Source of the DNA: Botryllus schlosseri
Taxonomy: Eukaryota
Length of the DNA: 64,000 nucleotides
NCBI GenBank assembly: GCA_051294905.1
Contig: CM119371.1
Coordinates: 40,922,001-40,986,000, forward strand
Direction of reading: 5' to 3'
Part shown: one piece after another, positions 1 through 13,200 of the stretch
Layout of the letters: each line of letters begins with the position of its first letter
Position numbering within the stretch: the first letter of the stretch is position 1
The notes under the pieces: model-generated
The model's database searches: none
Seen by the model: only the letters and a program-made list of their open reading frames with translations
What the model was told of the DNA's origin: nothing
Program-made: the position numbers and the translations under genes

Positions 1-184
1 TATCGAATATGAATGTAGGAAACTTCAAAACAATATACTGCATAAGCTTCAAGTTGTGAAAGAATTTTTACCACATGCGTGGTCTATGCACGGTACTGTT
101 CAGTGAACCGCAATCGATTGCGTTACCGGGCGTAGCTTTTTTGTGTGTGGCTTGATATTCATGTTGATTTGACTACAATGGTCT

Positions 185-414
185 TTTTACAACAGGCCGG
201 TATGCTTTATTTTTAATTCCGTATTTACCGACTGGTAGCACGGCCCACTTCCAGGTTTTATAATAAGACACCGCTTACGAGGATCACGAGGCGAGGAGGA
301 GCCTAGATAAACCTCAAACACTCAGATAGGAATTATGGAGTCGACCTCGGTCGGAATCGAACCCAAGACCCATTGGTGTTGTAGCTGTGGATCATACCAA
401 CTCTATATCGCTAC
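185..414 (-). mobile_element. Second tRNA-derived SINE-like repeat; partial copy about 40940-41090
   Basis: Minus strand GGTAGCGATATAGAGTTGG...GGGTTCGATTCC (A/B-box like); the body is repeated near 41 kb. Confidence 0.6.
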
Positions 415-3244
415 CATAATATTTGGTCGATGGGTTGATGACTTTCAGCAGTTAATCAGAAGTGGGTACTTTTGAAATTGCAACACGTATTTTCGCGACT
501 AACGCAAAATGACTACTGACACCGCACGTATAAGGTGAAATTTTCGAAAATATATTCAGTTACCGCGAAACAGAAGCTATTTCGCGGGATTTTTTTATGG
601 CAATTGCACTCAAAAAATTAATACAAACTATGACAAAACTAATTTGTTCTTTATAAAATCAAAAGCGTGAAAGTTAGTAGGTTTTCGTAAAAAACTTCTG
701 AAGTAGAACAGGAGTAGGCTAAAAGCATAACGACTGGAGTAAGCACTTCAAGCAAAGATCAAATTTACTCCTGTACTTCGAAGAAGTAGAAATCCTCCGT
801 TACTGACCAACTCGGGGTATAGTGACATACAAAAGCCTGCTGCAAAATTGTGTTGGATGCCGAAAACAAATTAAAATCGATACACTATTAAACATTATAA
901 TTAGATAAAGTCCGCCAATAGTCGTGTTCTGATTCGGTGCTTCATATGTTACGCTGTGTATCTAATATAACAGCATCATATCACCAGCAGATGAAACATG
1001 CAGAATTGTTTATTATTGAAAAGTATTCGTAAGATAATGCCTTGCTTTCAACCTCCCAGCTCAGATCACGCTTGCGAAAACCTTGCGTGCAGCGTGTCCA
1101 TCGAAAATGATTCATCCGACGGAATTTGGCGTGTATGATTGAATTTGAAGCGGCCCCTTCCTTAAAATCATAAACCGTAAACCGAAAACAGCTTTGGTAG
1201 GAAATTAGTCTCTGCAATTGACGCCCACAATTGAAACTCCGACAAAGCGAATCCGCAAATGATAAACTCCTTGCGGCGTGCGAATGAAAGGGGGACTTAT
1301 CTCCCTGCTCGAGTGATGTCCCGTTCCCACAGAACCACCTGAGAGCGATTCCAACACCGGGTACGCGGCGTTCAAATTGGACAATTGAAATATTTCTACC
1401 CATACACCGTGTCTGGGTTATTACAGACATCATTATTTATAGCATGTATTGAGATAACGTGACCATAACCAAGCTATGAAAAGGATTTATGATATTTCTC
1501 ACGCTGATGTAAAATGACAACTTGAAATTAGCACCTGGGCCAGAACTAATACTCGAGTAAAAAATAGTGCCGTAATGCAATCATCGTACAACAACCCTAC
1601 AAGTCGTATAGCCTGAACGGTTGACGAATGACGATATACGCATCGTACGACGTTGAGTATTGCTACGATGACATTACGAACCGTGGGTCATTGTGGGGCT
1701 ATAGAGATTGTACAATTCGGAAGCCCCTTTCGTCGAAGGAGCCATATTTACCTTATATTTTCAATGGTCAATGCCAATCCACTGTGACCCTACACAACGA
1801 ATATAATACGAATGTCATGATAACCGAGTAAACTACTCCAGAATCTAAGTATAATGAGTGATATTACACAATATTATTGCACAAGTAATACACCATACTC
1901 TTCAATACCTTCTTTATGCATGGATGCCAGTCTTTTTTTATCATGAATTCAATTCTATCCATCGCCGTGAGAAACCTTCGCGCGATTGTTCTGCTCCATT
2001 GAATAGGCACAACTTTTGAAATTGAATGAAAATCAATTTATTTGTGAGCAATCGTTTTATTGGTCCTTATAATTAATTAATCAATCATTGTCGACGATTG
2101 TAATGACACGATAATCGCTTTATAACCCATTCCATTGGTAATTGAATGCATTGGAATGAATATGTCCCCGCTATGTTTTGACGTGTTCGACCGCATGAAT
2201 TTTTTTACACTCAATGACTTTCGCTGCCTGGCACGTGCCTTTAAAAGCGTGTGTTTAGGGTTCGCAACAATTCAGCAGTCTGGGTCATTTCGATTCTATT
2301 GAACGATTAGAATGTAACAAGAATAAGGTAAAAATTGAGACTCCATTATGCTTCCTTGCGATATATGCTTTCTACGTGAATGGAGGTAAGATTATGTTCC
2401 CCGAATCGTAGTTATCTTAGTTGGTTCCGAAAATTGTGTATGCAATATGCGTGAAGCTGGACCACAAAAACCGCACAACTTTCATCGTGTTTGCAAGTCG
2501 CATTTCGTATTGACAGCTCGTCTTGTTAGGAATCTAATTAATCCTATTAGGTCGTGGGTTACTACAACATGAGTGACATTATCTCCGTAAAGCATGCCAA
2601 ACCCGCATATTGCGGGGTAAATCGAGGGAGACTCTTTGGCACGCTTACGTTCGAAGAAAATTGGATTTTGAGCGCCTGGCGAATTTCGCGGCTGACTTAC
2701 TCATGTTGGAGTGGAACCTCACAACGTCATTGTGGTAATTCCCACGATAATGAGCGATGGAACTTGCCTCCTTAACTGCAATTCATGTGCGGCGAGGTAA
2801 AACTGAGCATAGCACAGACACTGGGCGTTTCATTTCGCTAGTTATCATTTAAAATATATTATGGCTACTTATATTCTATAAACTAGTATAGAAGTGGATC
2901 GCAAACACTAACTTCCATGGTTTATGAACGCTGGAGTCAGTCACGCTCAAACTGCAAACTGTATTTATGATTTGAACCAACTCTATAGCCACGTAAGAGG
3001 TGACGGTATATTTTTCATGATCAGATCAGTTCATCAGACATTGAACATCGACCCATAGCACGATTGGGATAAGAATTTAATTATCAACAAGATATAGTGA
3101 GCGTCTGGCTTCTTGATCGGTAGGTCGTGGGGTACATCCCCGGTCAAAGATCAATAAAACTGGTATCCGTGGCTTCTCCTAGCTTGGCGCTCAGTATTTC
3201 AGAGGGAGCGCAGTGTGCGTGTGGATTTGTGCATGCCTCTTCTT

Positions 3245-3810
3245 GAGGGTTGTAATGACTCGAGTCATATGACTCGACTCGAGTTACGATTTTCTGATGA
3301 CTCGACTTGACTCGAGTCATTTTCTCAAAATTCGGAAATAACTCGACTCGACTCGAGTCAATTTGTGTATTGACTCGACTTGGACTCGAGTCATTGCGCA
3401 TGACTCGAACCAAGTCATATGACTCAGACGGCCAAGACCGACATTTCATTGTAATTTCGAAGAATAGTAAAGTACCCAGGTACCCACCCTATTGTAATTT
3501 TGTCTATTGGTACTGGTACTTGAAAATGCGAGCAGAAACTGTTAAAAGTGAGGAAAATCGGTATATTATAAATGCGAGCAATTCGGTATCACAAAACAGA
3601 GTCAGAAAAGTGGGTTTAACAAGACTTCAACTGGAAACTCAATGACACAATGACACAATGACTTGGACTCGGACTCGAACCTCTGCTCGATGACTTGGAC
3701 TCGGACTTGACTCGGTGGTGGACTGAAAATGACTCGACTTGATTCGAGTCAAAACTATGAAAGTGAGATTGACTTGTGACTCGGAGCCTTGTGACTTGGT
3801 TACAACCCTG
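3245..3810 (+). mobile_element. hAT-type MITE family A (CAGGGTTGTAA TIR, GACTCGAGTC-rich)
   Basis: Termini (G)AGGGTTGTAA...TTACAACCCTG; flanks CTCTTCTT/CTCTTTTT (8-bp TSD, 1 mismatch). Confidence 0.85.
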
Positions 3811-4271
3811 CTCTTTTTCACATCACCAAGGCCCAGGTCGGGTCAGATTACAAAGTCGTTCGACAATACCTTTTCATTGCATCGCAATCTTGTGGTGTGT
3901 TCATCTAATGGAATTATTATTAAACTGATATTGATAACTGATGCGGTGCGAAACCAGGCTATGTCTACACATTCGTTGACCAGTAGCAATGCACGTCATG
4001 CTCACATTCCTTTCCTTATGTGGAGATCGTGTGTATGAGCATCACGGCGTTTCTAAGCTGCACGAGGCTAGGCTACGGTGAATATGTCGAAAAGACAAAA
4101 ACATGAACGTTATATAATACATACAAGTCTATCTAGTTTGTTCCAAACTAGAGAAAAATCTCATCTGTGGCATGTTTTTGTTGACTCTAATATAGTTTGC
4201 ACGCTTCGCTGCACACCATCGATTCGCTGTGAGTGTTGTCCATGAATTTCTGAATAGGTTTGAGCCGAAAG

Positions 4272-7200
4272 ATGTCGAAGAAAATTGACGTGGACAACCT
4301 TAAAAACTACCTGGAAAACGAATGCGGACTGTATGGAGGCGAGCTGGAGGTCAAGAAGTTTGGGTGAGTAAGTAACAAAGCTATTTTAGCTATATATGTG
4401 TTTACAACCGAGCGAGGTGGGGTAATGGTAGAACCGAGCCGAGAGCGGCAGGCTTGCTGATCAGTGGGTAGTTGGTTAAATTCAGACCAAAGTAATGAAA
4501 CTGGTTTGGCTTTCAAGCTGGCCTTATCATTCCGGTACAGCATGGAGGAAAAATATAGTTGTGGTCCAGACTAGATCACCTTACCTATCGTTTCGAAACA
4601 CAACATGTTAATAAGTGGCTTGTGTTGTTAGGCGAAATAGATATGCCAGAGCGTCGTACAGTAATATCAACCACAAATAATAGGGCCCACATCTCTTGCA
4701 TAATGTGTTCTCCAATAGTAAAATGTAGGATACCGGTACTGGGCATGAACAGCAAGAAAATATGCGTATATGGCAATATGGCAATGATATTCTGCAGAGC
4801 GTCCCTTTTAGGGACTAAATTAACACAATAGGTTGGCCAAAAATGATACTGGTAAGATACCAGGGTTGTAGGATGACTCGAGTCGCGATTATTTGAGTCA
4901 GTCTGTGTATTGACTCGACTTGTACTCGAGTCATTGGGTATGACCATGACCAAGTCATATGAATAGAGACTAGGACGGCAAAGACTGACATTTCGTTGTA
5001 ATTTCGAATATTTTGTAAAGTTACCATACTTTTGGTATTTCGTCTATTTGTAGGCTACTGGTACTTGAAAAAGTATCGAGAAACTGTTAAGATTGTGAAA
5101 ATTAGTGTATTATGTATGTGAAGCGTAGTTGTAAAAAGTGGGTTTGACGAGACTTTAACCCAAAACTGAACAGTTAACACAAGGACTCGGACTCGACCTT
5201 ATGCTCGCCCACTTGGACTCGGACTTGACTCGGTGGTGAATTAAAATTGACTCGACTTGACTCGAGTCAAAACTATAAAAGTGAGATTGACTTGTGACTT
5301 GGTAACAACCCTGGGCTATACCAGCAGAATATACAATATTGGCAATAAACCACAATATTACCGGGCGTATCAAGCTTCCACAAGTTGATTGGCTTTTACA
5401 CTAAAGCCCATTGATCGAATACTAGCGGTACGAAATTAAATAAATGATATACATTCTTAAATTGCTGCTTGTATATTTTTTCAGGGCTGGCCAGTCAAAC
5501 CCGACTTACCATCTCAAGTTGGGATCGCAGGAACTGGTTTTGAGGAAGAAGCCTGATGGCAAACTACTCCGAGGAGCTCACCAGGTAGGAAACCAGAGTG
5601 TGACAACTAGAACATTTTCCGTCCAAATTAAATTAGAATTAGAATTATAGCTACACAGTTTTTTCCGAATTAAATTAGAATTTATGAATTCGCAAAAACT
5701 TGGAACTTTGAATTTTATTCCTAATTAAAAATAAATAACAAAAATCAAGTTCAATTTGTATAAATCAGACGAGACAAGATAGCGTAATGGTGGAGCGTCT
5801 GGATACTTGATCGGTAGGTCATGGGTTCAATTCACGGCGGTTCAGACCTAATCAGTAAAACTGGTATCCAAGCCTTCCCCGCTTGGCGCTCAGCATTACC
5901 GAGATAGCATGTAGGGATGGTGCAAGACTTACCGTAATTTTCCATGTATAATCCGCAAAATTTTCATGATTTTTCCCCCTAAAATCGGGGGATGCGTATT
6001 ATGCATGGGAACAACACGCTTGAAAAAAACTCGAAATCACACCTTTCTTCATGTTTTCTTCTCCAATCGCGCATCACTTTCAGCCATCGTGCCCAGTAAT
6101 TCGTATTATCAGTGTAACACGCTACCGATTATCAAAAAGCGTGTTGCCAATTAACGATAGTCGTCTGCACAGAACGCAATCTCCTGCTGAGTTGGTTTGC
6201 CGTTTGCACGCGAGCAAAATTAGGTCATTCATTGATTGCTGAACGCACGCGCGGCAATCCTCGCTAATTCATCGATAGGCCATGTGGGTGTGCGCAAAAT
6301 ATAATCGCTTGCGTAATCAGTCGCTCTTCCAACAGGTGTGGTGTGCACGACATAACCGTTGGCCTGAGCAATCGCATCTGACCTCGTGCCCAAGATGACG
6401 CGTCGCCGGCGTCGCAGGCTTTGGCTGCTATCTACTATCGTATAAAGGCAATACCGTTACTTGTATAATGATTAGCAATTGCATCTGTAATAGGCCTCGT
6501 GCGCAAGACGTCGTATCGCTGGCCCAAACTTCGCGTCGCCAGCCTCGCAGGCTTTGCCTGCTCTGTACTATCGTTTAGAGACAATGCCGTTAATTGCATA
6601 ATGATTAGCAATGGTCATGTCATGATTGTTCGACAGTGACATCACAAAACAGATCAACATCGAGTAGTAAAACACAGCTATTCATGTACTGCGAATGCAG
6701 GGTGCGTACTATACATGGGTACAGGCTTTTTTCCAGAATTTGCATGCCATTTTAAGGGTGCGTATTATACATGGGGGCGTACTATACTTGGAAAACTACG
6801 GTAAAAAACCTTACGAGGCTATATCTGCACCTTCCTTGACCAACGGCATATGTACATCATGCACTCATGACATGCATATGCACAGATCGTGTGTATGTAC
6901 TATGTATATCATGAGTCGGTGTATATGCCGCAAAAACGTCCAGGAGAAGAAAAATATATTCTTACAGTTCATTCTTGGAAGCATGAGGATTACAAATGTC
7001 AAGGTTGGCTCCTTTGCCGTCATACAGTTCTCTTGAATCAATTTCGTGAAAGCTACAATTAGATTAGAAATATTACCGGCATTTTGCTCTAATTAGACAA
7101 TTAGAATTATATAGGTAGCCTATCCAATTCTGGTAGAAACCCATTATTGTAGAGTTTTAAGGGAATTATTGTTGTTTGTCTTTAATATAAAATGTAAACA

Positions 7201-10200
7201 CCGAATCAATTCCAGATTTCTGAATATGATTTATGACAGAACAGATGCATGACTTCAATGGTTGAAATTGTTTTTACCACTATAAAACAACCTACTCGGG
7301 CACTTATCAGACCTTAATTTACAACTACCACTTGAAGCAGTTTTGACTTGTATTCAAAGTTACTAATTCTACTGGTAATTGTGTTGAAATTTACAGAATT
7401 ATGTATACTTGTAGGATGTAGCTCCACTTGCAGTACCAAATTCGATTACTTTGACCGCCCCTGTTGGTTTATATGCGCAGGTCGGCAGAGAGTATCGTGC
7501 CATGAAAGCTCTACACTCCGTTGGATTTCCCGTGCCGAAAGTGCTCGCGCATTGCACCGATGATAACGTGATAGGAACTGAATTCTTTCTGATGGAATTT
7601 ATGCGGGTACGGTGGTTCCAATACCAATATGTCGAATTTTCGCCTGTCCATAAGTGCCTAAATGGATGACACCTAATATTCTTTTCCTGACAAACTGAGC
7701 CCTGCATTACAAATGCCACCGGTAGAAAAAAAATATGCGGCCTGTGAAGTGATGCCACTTTGAGCCGTTTTAATTCAATCTGATTTTTTCGTGCGACTAG
7801 ACAAAGCAGTATGTCAACCACCGATAACAAGACCAGTGTCGTAGTGATAACGTAGGACACAAAGGGGCATCGCCCCCAGCAGTTTGGTTCAACACACTAT
7901 CGGGGGCCCGAGACCAGTGTTTTTTGGAGGGGATGCTGACGAAGTGCTGTTACGGTCCTGGTAGTGTGTAATGCCTCATATTTTACGAGTGTTACTTTTT
8001 CTAGGGTAATGTCAGCACGTACTCACTGCCAAGCGAATCGGCGAAAGATAACCGGCAATATCTTCTCTCTGCTGTGGAGACGCTCGCGAAATTGCACAAC
8101 ATTTCACCGGGCAGCGTTGGGCTGGCTGACTACGGCAAGAAAAATGGCTTCTGTCAAAGACAGGTATTTTACCACTGTGTCTCTCTGGTAGACTTAAACT
8201 ACCCAGTGCCCATGCAAACTTCGGTGACCAGATAGGACTAATTAGAGCAAAATGTCGCTAATCTAATTGGTGAAATGTATCTATATTCTAATTTTAATTT
8301 AATTCTAATTTTTGGTTTTCCTGAAAATGCTACATGAAAACAGTATAGTATAGTGCAAAACCAGCCAAACACAACTATTCATGTACTGCGAATGCAGAGC
8401 GCGTACTATACATCGGCACAGGCTTCTTCCCCAGAATTTACACGCCAGTGTAAGGGTGCGTATTAGGGTGGTTCAAAAATAACCTTTTTTCCTGAATCTT
8501 GCAGGTTACTTGATTAAATCGTTAGGTTGCCTTAAAAAACGACGCACACCAAATTTGAATTCATTCCAACCAATATTCGCGGATTTCGTAGAGTTTGAAA
8601 ATTTTGAATTTGCCTAAAAATGCAAAAAAAAATTTTTTCAAATTTTTTTGCCAACCCCATGAAATTGTTGCGCTGTCTTCGAAAACGATGCAAAACAAAT
8701 TTGACTCAATTCGAAGCCGTAGAAGTGGAGTTATTTCAGTTTTTCTTTGATAATTCTGGGATTATCCTTGATTGGTGGATCATCCCAGAATTATCATCAA
8801 AAAACTTGAATAACTCCGCTTCTGCGGCTTGGAATTGAGTCAAATTTGTTTTCCATCGTTTTTGAAGACAGCGCAACAATTTCATAAGGTTGGAAGGAAA
8901 ATTTGAAAAAATTTTTTTTTGCATTTTTAGGCAAATTCAAAATTTTCAAACTCTACGAAATCCGCGAATATTGGTTGGAATGAATTCAAATTTGGTGTGC
9001 GTCGTTTTTTAAGGCAACCTAACGATTTAATCAAGTAACCTGCAAGATTCAGGAAAAAAGGTTATTTTTGAACCACCCTAGTGCGTATTATACATAGGGG
9101 CGCACTATATTCGGAAAATTACGGTAATTGAATTTGGTAGCAAATGTGCTGCTATATTTAAAGTTCTAATCGAACTTGGAAAAACTGTGTTGCCATAGTT
9201 CTAGTTCTAATGTAATTTGGAAAACATTAGAAATTAGGAAAAATAGCTTGTAATACCAGTGCTAATTTAATCTTGAAAAAACTGTGTAGCTATAATTCGA
9301 ATTCTAATTTAATTTGGAAGAGCTGAAAGAGCTTATAGCTGTACACTTTTTTCCAAGTTAGATTATGATTAGAATTATAGTTACATTGTTTTTTTTAAAT
9401 AAATTAGACTAGTACTACCGAAGATTAGGTACGCACTTTTCCAAATTCAATTAAAATTACCGTACAATTATAGCTACCTACTTTTTTCCAAATTAGATTA
9501 GAATTAGAATTATGGCTACACACTTTTTTTGTGAAATATTAGACTAGAATTACCGAATTATAGCTACAGACTTTTTTCCAAATTAGATTAGAAGTAGAAT
9601 TATAGCTACACACTTTTTTTCTGATAAACTAGACTAGAATGACAGAGTTACAGCCACACACTTTTTTTCCAATTAGATAAGTATTAAAATTATTCTTACA
9701 CAGTTTTTTCTAATAAATTAGACTAGAATTACCTAATTATAGCTGCACACTTTTTTCCAAATTAGCTTAGAATTAAAATTATAACTACACAGTTTTTTTA
9801 TCAACTGAATTATAGCTACACACTTTTCTTCCAAATTAGATTACAATTAGAAATACTGAATCCGCGAAAACTGGGAAATCAAGATGTCATTCTTAATAGG
9901 CATGAGAATGGCAAATGTCTGTACACCAAGTTTGACTTGTTTCACACTATAGTCCTACAGTTCACCTGTAGCATTTTCATGAAAACCATTTACAAATTAG
10001 TTTTGTCTTTGCTTTGTTCAGGTCTGCCCTTCCGTAATGTGATATGTTGCTAAAAATTCCCCCAGGCTGCTGAAATTTCAACGATGCCGAGTTATCTCAT
10101 TTTATATCTAATATCAGCATAAAAACTCATATGTCAAACCGAGGTCATGGCCTATATTTATCGAAACAGATAATCTTAATGTACACATCACGCTTGACAA

Positions 10201-13200
10201 TGAGAAATTACTCCACGCGATCTTGTTACAAATCAAACACTGTTAACTCCTCGGTTTTTATTTGTGTACGGTCGAAAATTGAATCCTAGCTATGCCCGAC
10301 TGTATGCCGAAATAATATCGGAGTATACGTGAATTATGAGTCGGTAAATATTGAAAGCTAAAGGGTGTTTATTGAATTTTGTAATCAAAACAGTACATGT
10401 ATGAAATTCGATTCTAAATGTAAGATCGATGCCCGAACCTTGTCGGCGTTGTAAGGGGTTGTTTGTGTAACCTGAGTTAAGTAAATTTACTTGACGTTGA
10501 CAAGGTAGAGGCTCCTAATCACGTTTATCTGTATCTTTAACTGGTTTTGTATGTCTTGAGGCTGATGTATTGATGAAATCTCGCAAGTAATGACATGTAA
10601 CTACTAGCTTTGACACAGTTTTGCTATGATACGGGATATGATTAATAACATCCGTGTCCGATTGAAAAATGTAGCGTTAGTATGTATGATTCTAAAACGA
10701 CGATTGGTCATGAATGTGTCTAATCCAGGGTTTTGACTCGAGTCAAGTCGAGTCATTTTCAATTCAACATTTAGTCAAGTCCTAGTCAAAGTCAGTGGGT
10801 AGAGGGTCGAGTCTGAGTCCAAGTCATTATGTTCCCTGTTCAGTTTTCAGTTCGATACGGTTCAACCCACTTTTTCAACTCTGCTCTAGTGATATAGAAT
10901 GGCTCACATTCATAATATCGTAATTTTCCTCACTCCGGACAGTTTCTGGCCATATTTTCCAAGTATCAGGACTGAAAGACGAAGTACCAATCATGTGGTG
11001 ACTAACTATTCTTCGGAGTTACAAGGAAATGTCTGTCTTGGCCGTCCTAGTCTCGAGTCATATGACTTAGTTCGAGTCATGCACAATTTTGTTGCTGTTT
11101 ATAACTAGCCCACAGTAGGCAAATTATTATTTACACCAGACAGATTACGGATGTACGATTATTGAGCTAAATTTGAACAGAAACTTTGGGGGTCTGCGTG
11201 GTCTGTCACTGTGCGAAAGGGGTCCGCGAAGACAAAAAGGTTGAGAACCACTACTGCCGAGAGTAGTTTTGTGGAACCGTGTGTTAGCTACGGCCAAACC
11301 TAACCCTAGCTGGAGGCAGCGATGCGCATCAACCGAGCGTCATGGGAAGCACTGTTAAATACTGTAATCGATGGTCATGGTGAACACACATCTGACACAT
11401 GTATCACTAAATGCCTGATTTTACACATTCTTTTTTTGCAACTGACCTGAAAGTATGTGTTTACAAACGTAGCCATATTTTGGTTTGCCACTAATCGTTG
11501 TTTATTTGTAGAGGGTAACGTTGTTTGCGTTCTGGGTTGTGATACGTTATGGCCAATTTTGGAATGTGTACTTTCTCCATTAGGTTCCGAAGGATAATTT
11601 GAGTGCGGTTTGCCATGTGTTTGAAAATCCTGGCAACACCATATAGGCTACTATTGGAGCAATTATATCGTTATGTACTATTATAGCAACATTACGGGAT
11701 GTAATATATGTAAAACTTAACGAGATGGGGTAATGCTATTTAGTTTTTCTTCTTTGTGCGCAATGCCTGCTTAAGCATTCCTGAAAACACTAATTTGCAT
11801 AATTGAATAACATAATGGTATTGAAATAACCACAAATATTTTTGGCTGGCACCCGTCAGGGGTAATCGTCAGCAAATATTCTGGTTAATTTCGATATGAA
11901 TATATTATCCAGTTATATACTGATGTTCTGTACCTCCAAGATTATTTTCAAGACTTTTTGACACATTAAGGCTGTAATTTCAAAATTTTGATTTCATTTT
12001 ATTACTGCAATAATATCATTTGACGAACGGTGTGACTTCATCTATAAACTATTCTGCTATTTGAAAAGTTGACGATGATCGTTTTGACTTTGAAAGATCA
12101 AAATCTCAAGGAACTATTGTAAGTAAAGGCAGTTTACTTGAGAATGCCTACTCGTAAAAGTGTTTCTTACAGATTTAACGGGTTTTTACCATGCATATCC
12201 AATAGCAATCGGTATAAAAGCGAAAGTGGTCTTGATTATTTTGAGGAAGTTGCTTAAAACAACATGAGGTAGGCCAGTATGTCAATTGATCTACGCGCGC
12301 ACTTTAGAATACGTGGCGGAAATACTTATTGCATTCATGCGTTACTCCATAGTATCTTTCTTTAATTCCAGAACTTTACTTCACCTGTGTTGGCGCTATT
12401 TGCTTATCCACAATACAACCCATGAACCCAAATATGTACTTATACCGAGCTTGAAATTTCTCCCCAAAAATGTGATACAGGCTTATGATGTAATGTTGTT
12501 TTGGTAAATCCCGTAGTAAAACACTCTTTATGAATAGAAGATTGTTGATGATTTGTAAATTTGTTCAAAACACTTTGTTTGAAGTACCGCGCCGTGGTTT
12601 TGAGCTCGATTATTACGGTATGCAGGAATGCACCTATTCTAGTGTACTGTGATTCTATGTAGCAGACTTGAATAACAAGATGATTATAGCTTTTTAATTA
12701 TACCAAAATGCCGGGAATCCAATTCTAATCTCATATATGAAATGTTTTTATGGTCTAATTTTAATTTTAATCTAATTTCTGGTTTTCCTGCAAATGGAAC
12801 AGGAGAATGGTGTAGTGCGATATGAGCCAAGCTTGGTTGTAGGCTAATTCCATTATAACTTAGCAATGGCTGTAATGCATGCCTCAGAATTGTCCAATAT
12901 TTACAAACGTTGTTCTTTTTTTTCATTCTAGGTACATTAAAAAAAATTATATCGAAAAATTTCCAGCGGTTCAAAAGATAACGCGATTCAAAATTCTCTT
13001 GTCACTAGGTGGCGCTGCATGCAAATATTTTTTGCTTTAATAATGGTGGAGAATCAATTAAAATGTCTAATTATCCGATTCTGTGGCCAAGGACATGCAA
13101 AAATCAGCTTTTTCGCCCTAAACTCGAAGGAAAAAAGTTACTGATCAAAAAAATTATTGGGGGGGTGAGGACTTGAAAATCCATGTAGGATTCCGTTTCA

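Noticed and set aside
981..1433. 150-aa minus-strand ORF
   Set aside because: No recognisable motif or convincing splice structure; likely a chance ORF, though untested by homology search.
1920..2330. Clusters of ATTG/TAATT motifs suggesting an enhancer (also 44450-44830)
   Set aside because: Cannot be distinguished from AT-rich background without conservation or chromatin data.
3144..4038. Many short ORFs with [13 protein letters not shown]-type peptides (also at 5, 17, 39, 43, 58, 60 and 63 kb)
   Set aside because: They are translations of GACTCGAGTC-rich MITEs, not proteins.
8620..8924. Mirror-image ORF pairs on both strands (also 54508-55273)
   Set aside because: An artefact of palindromic MITEs.
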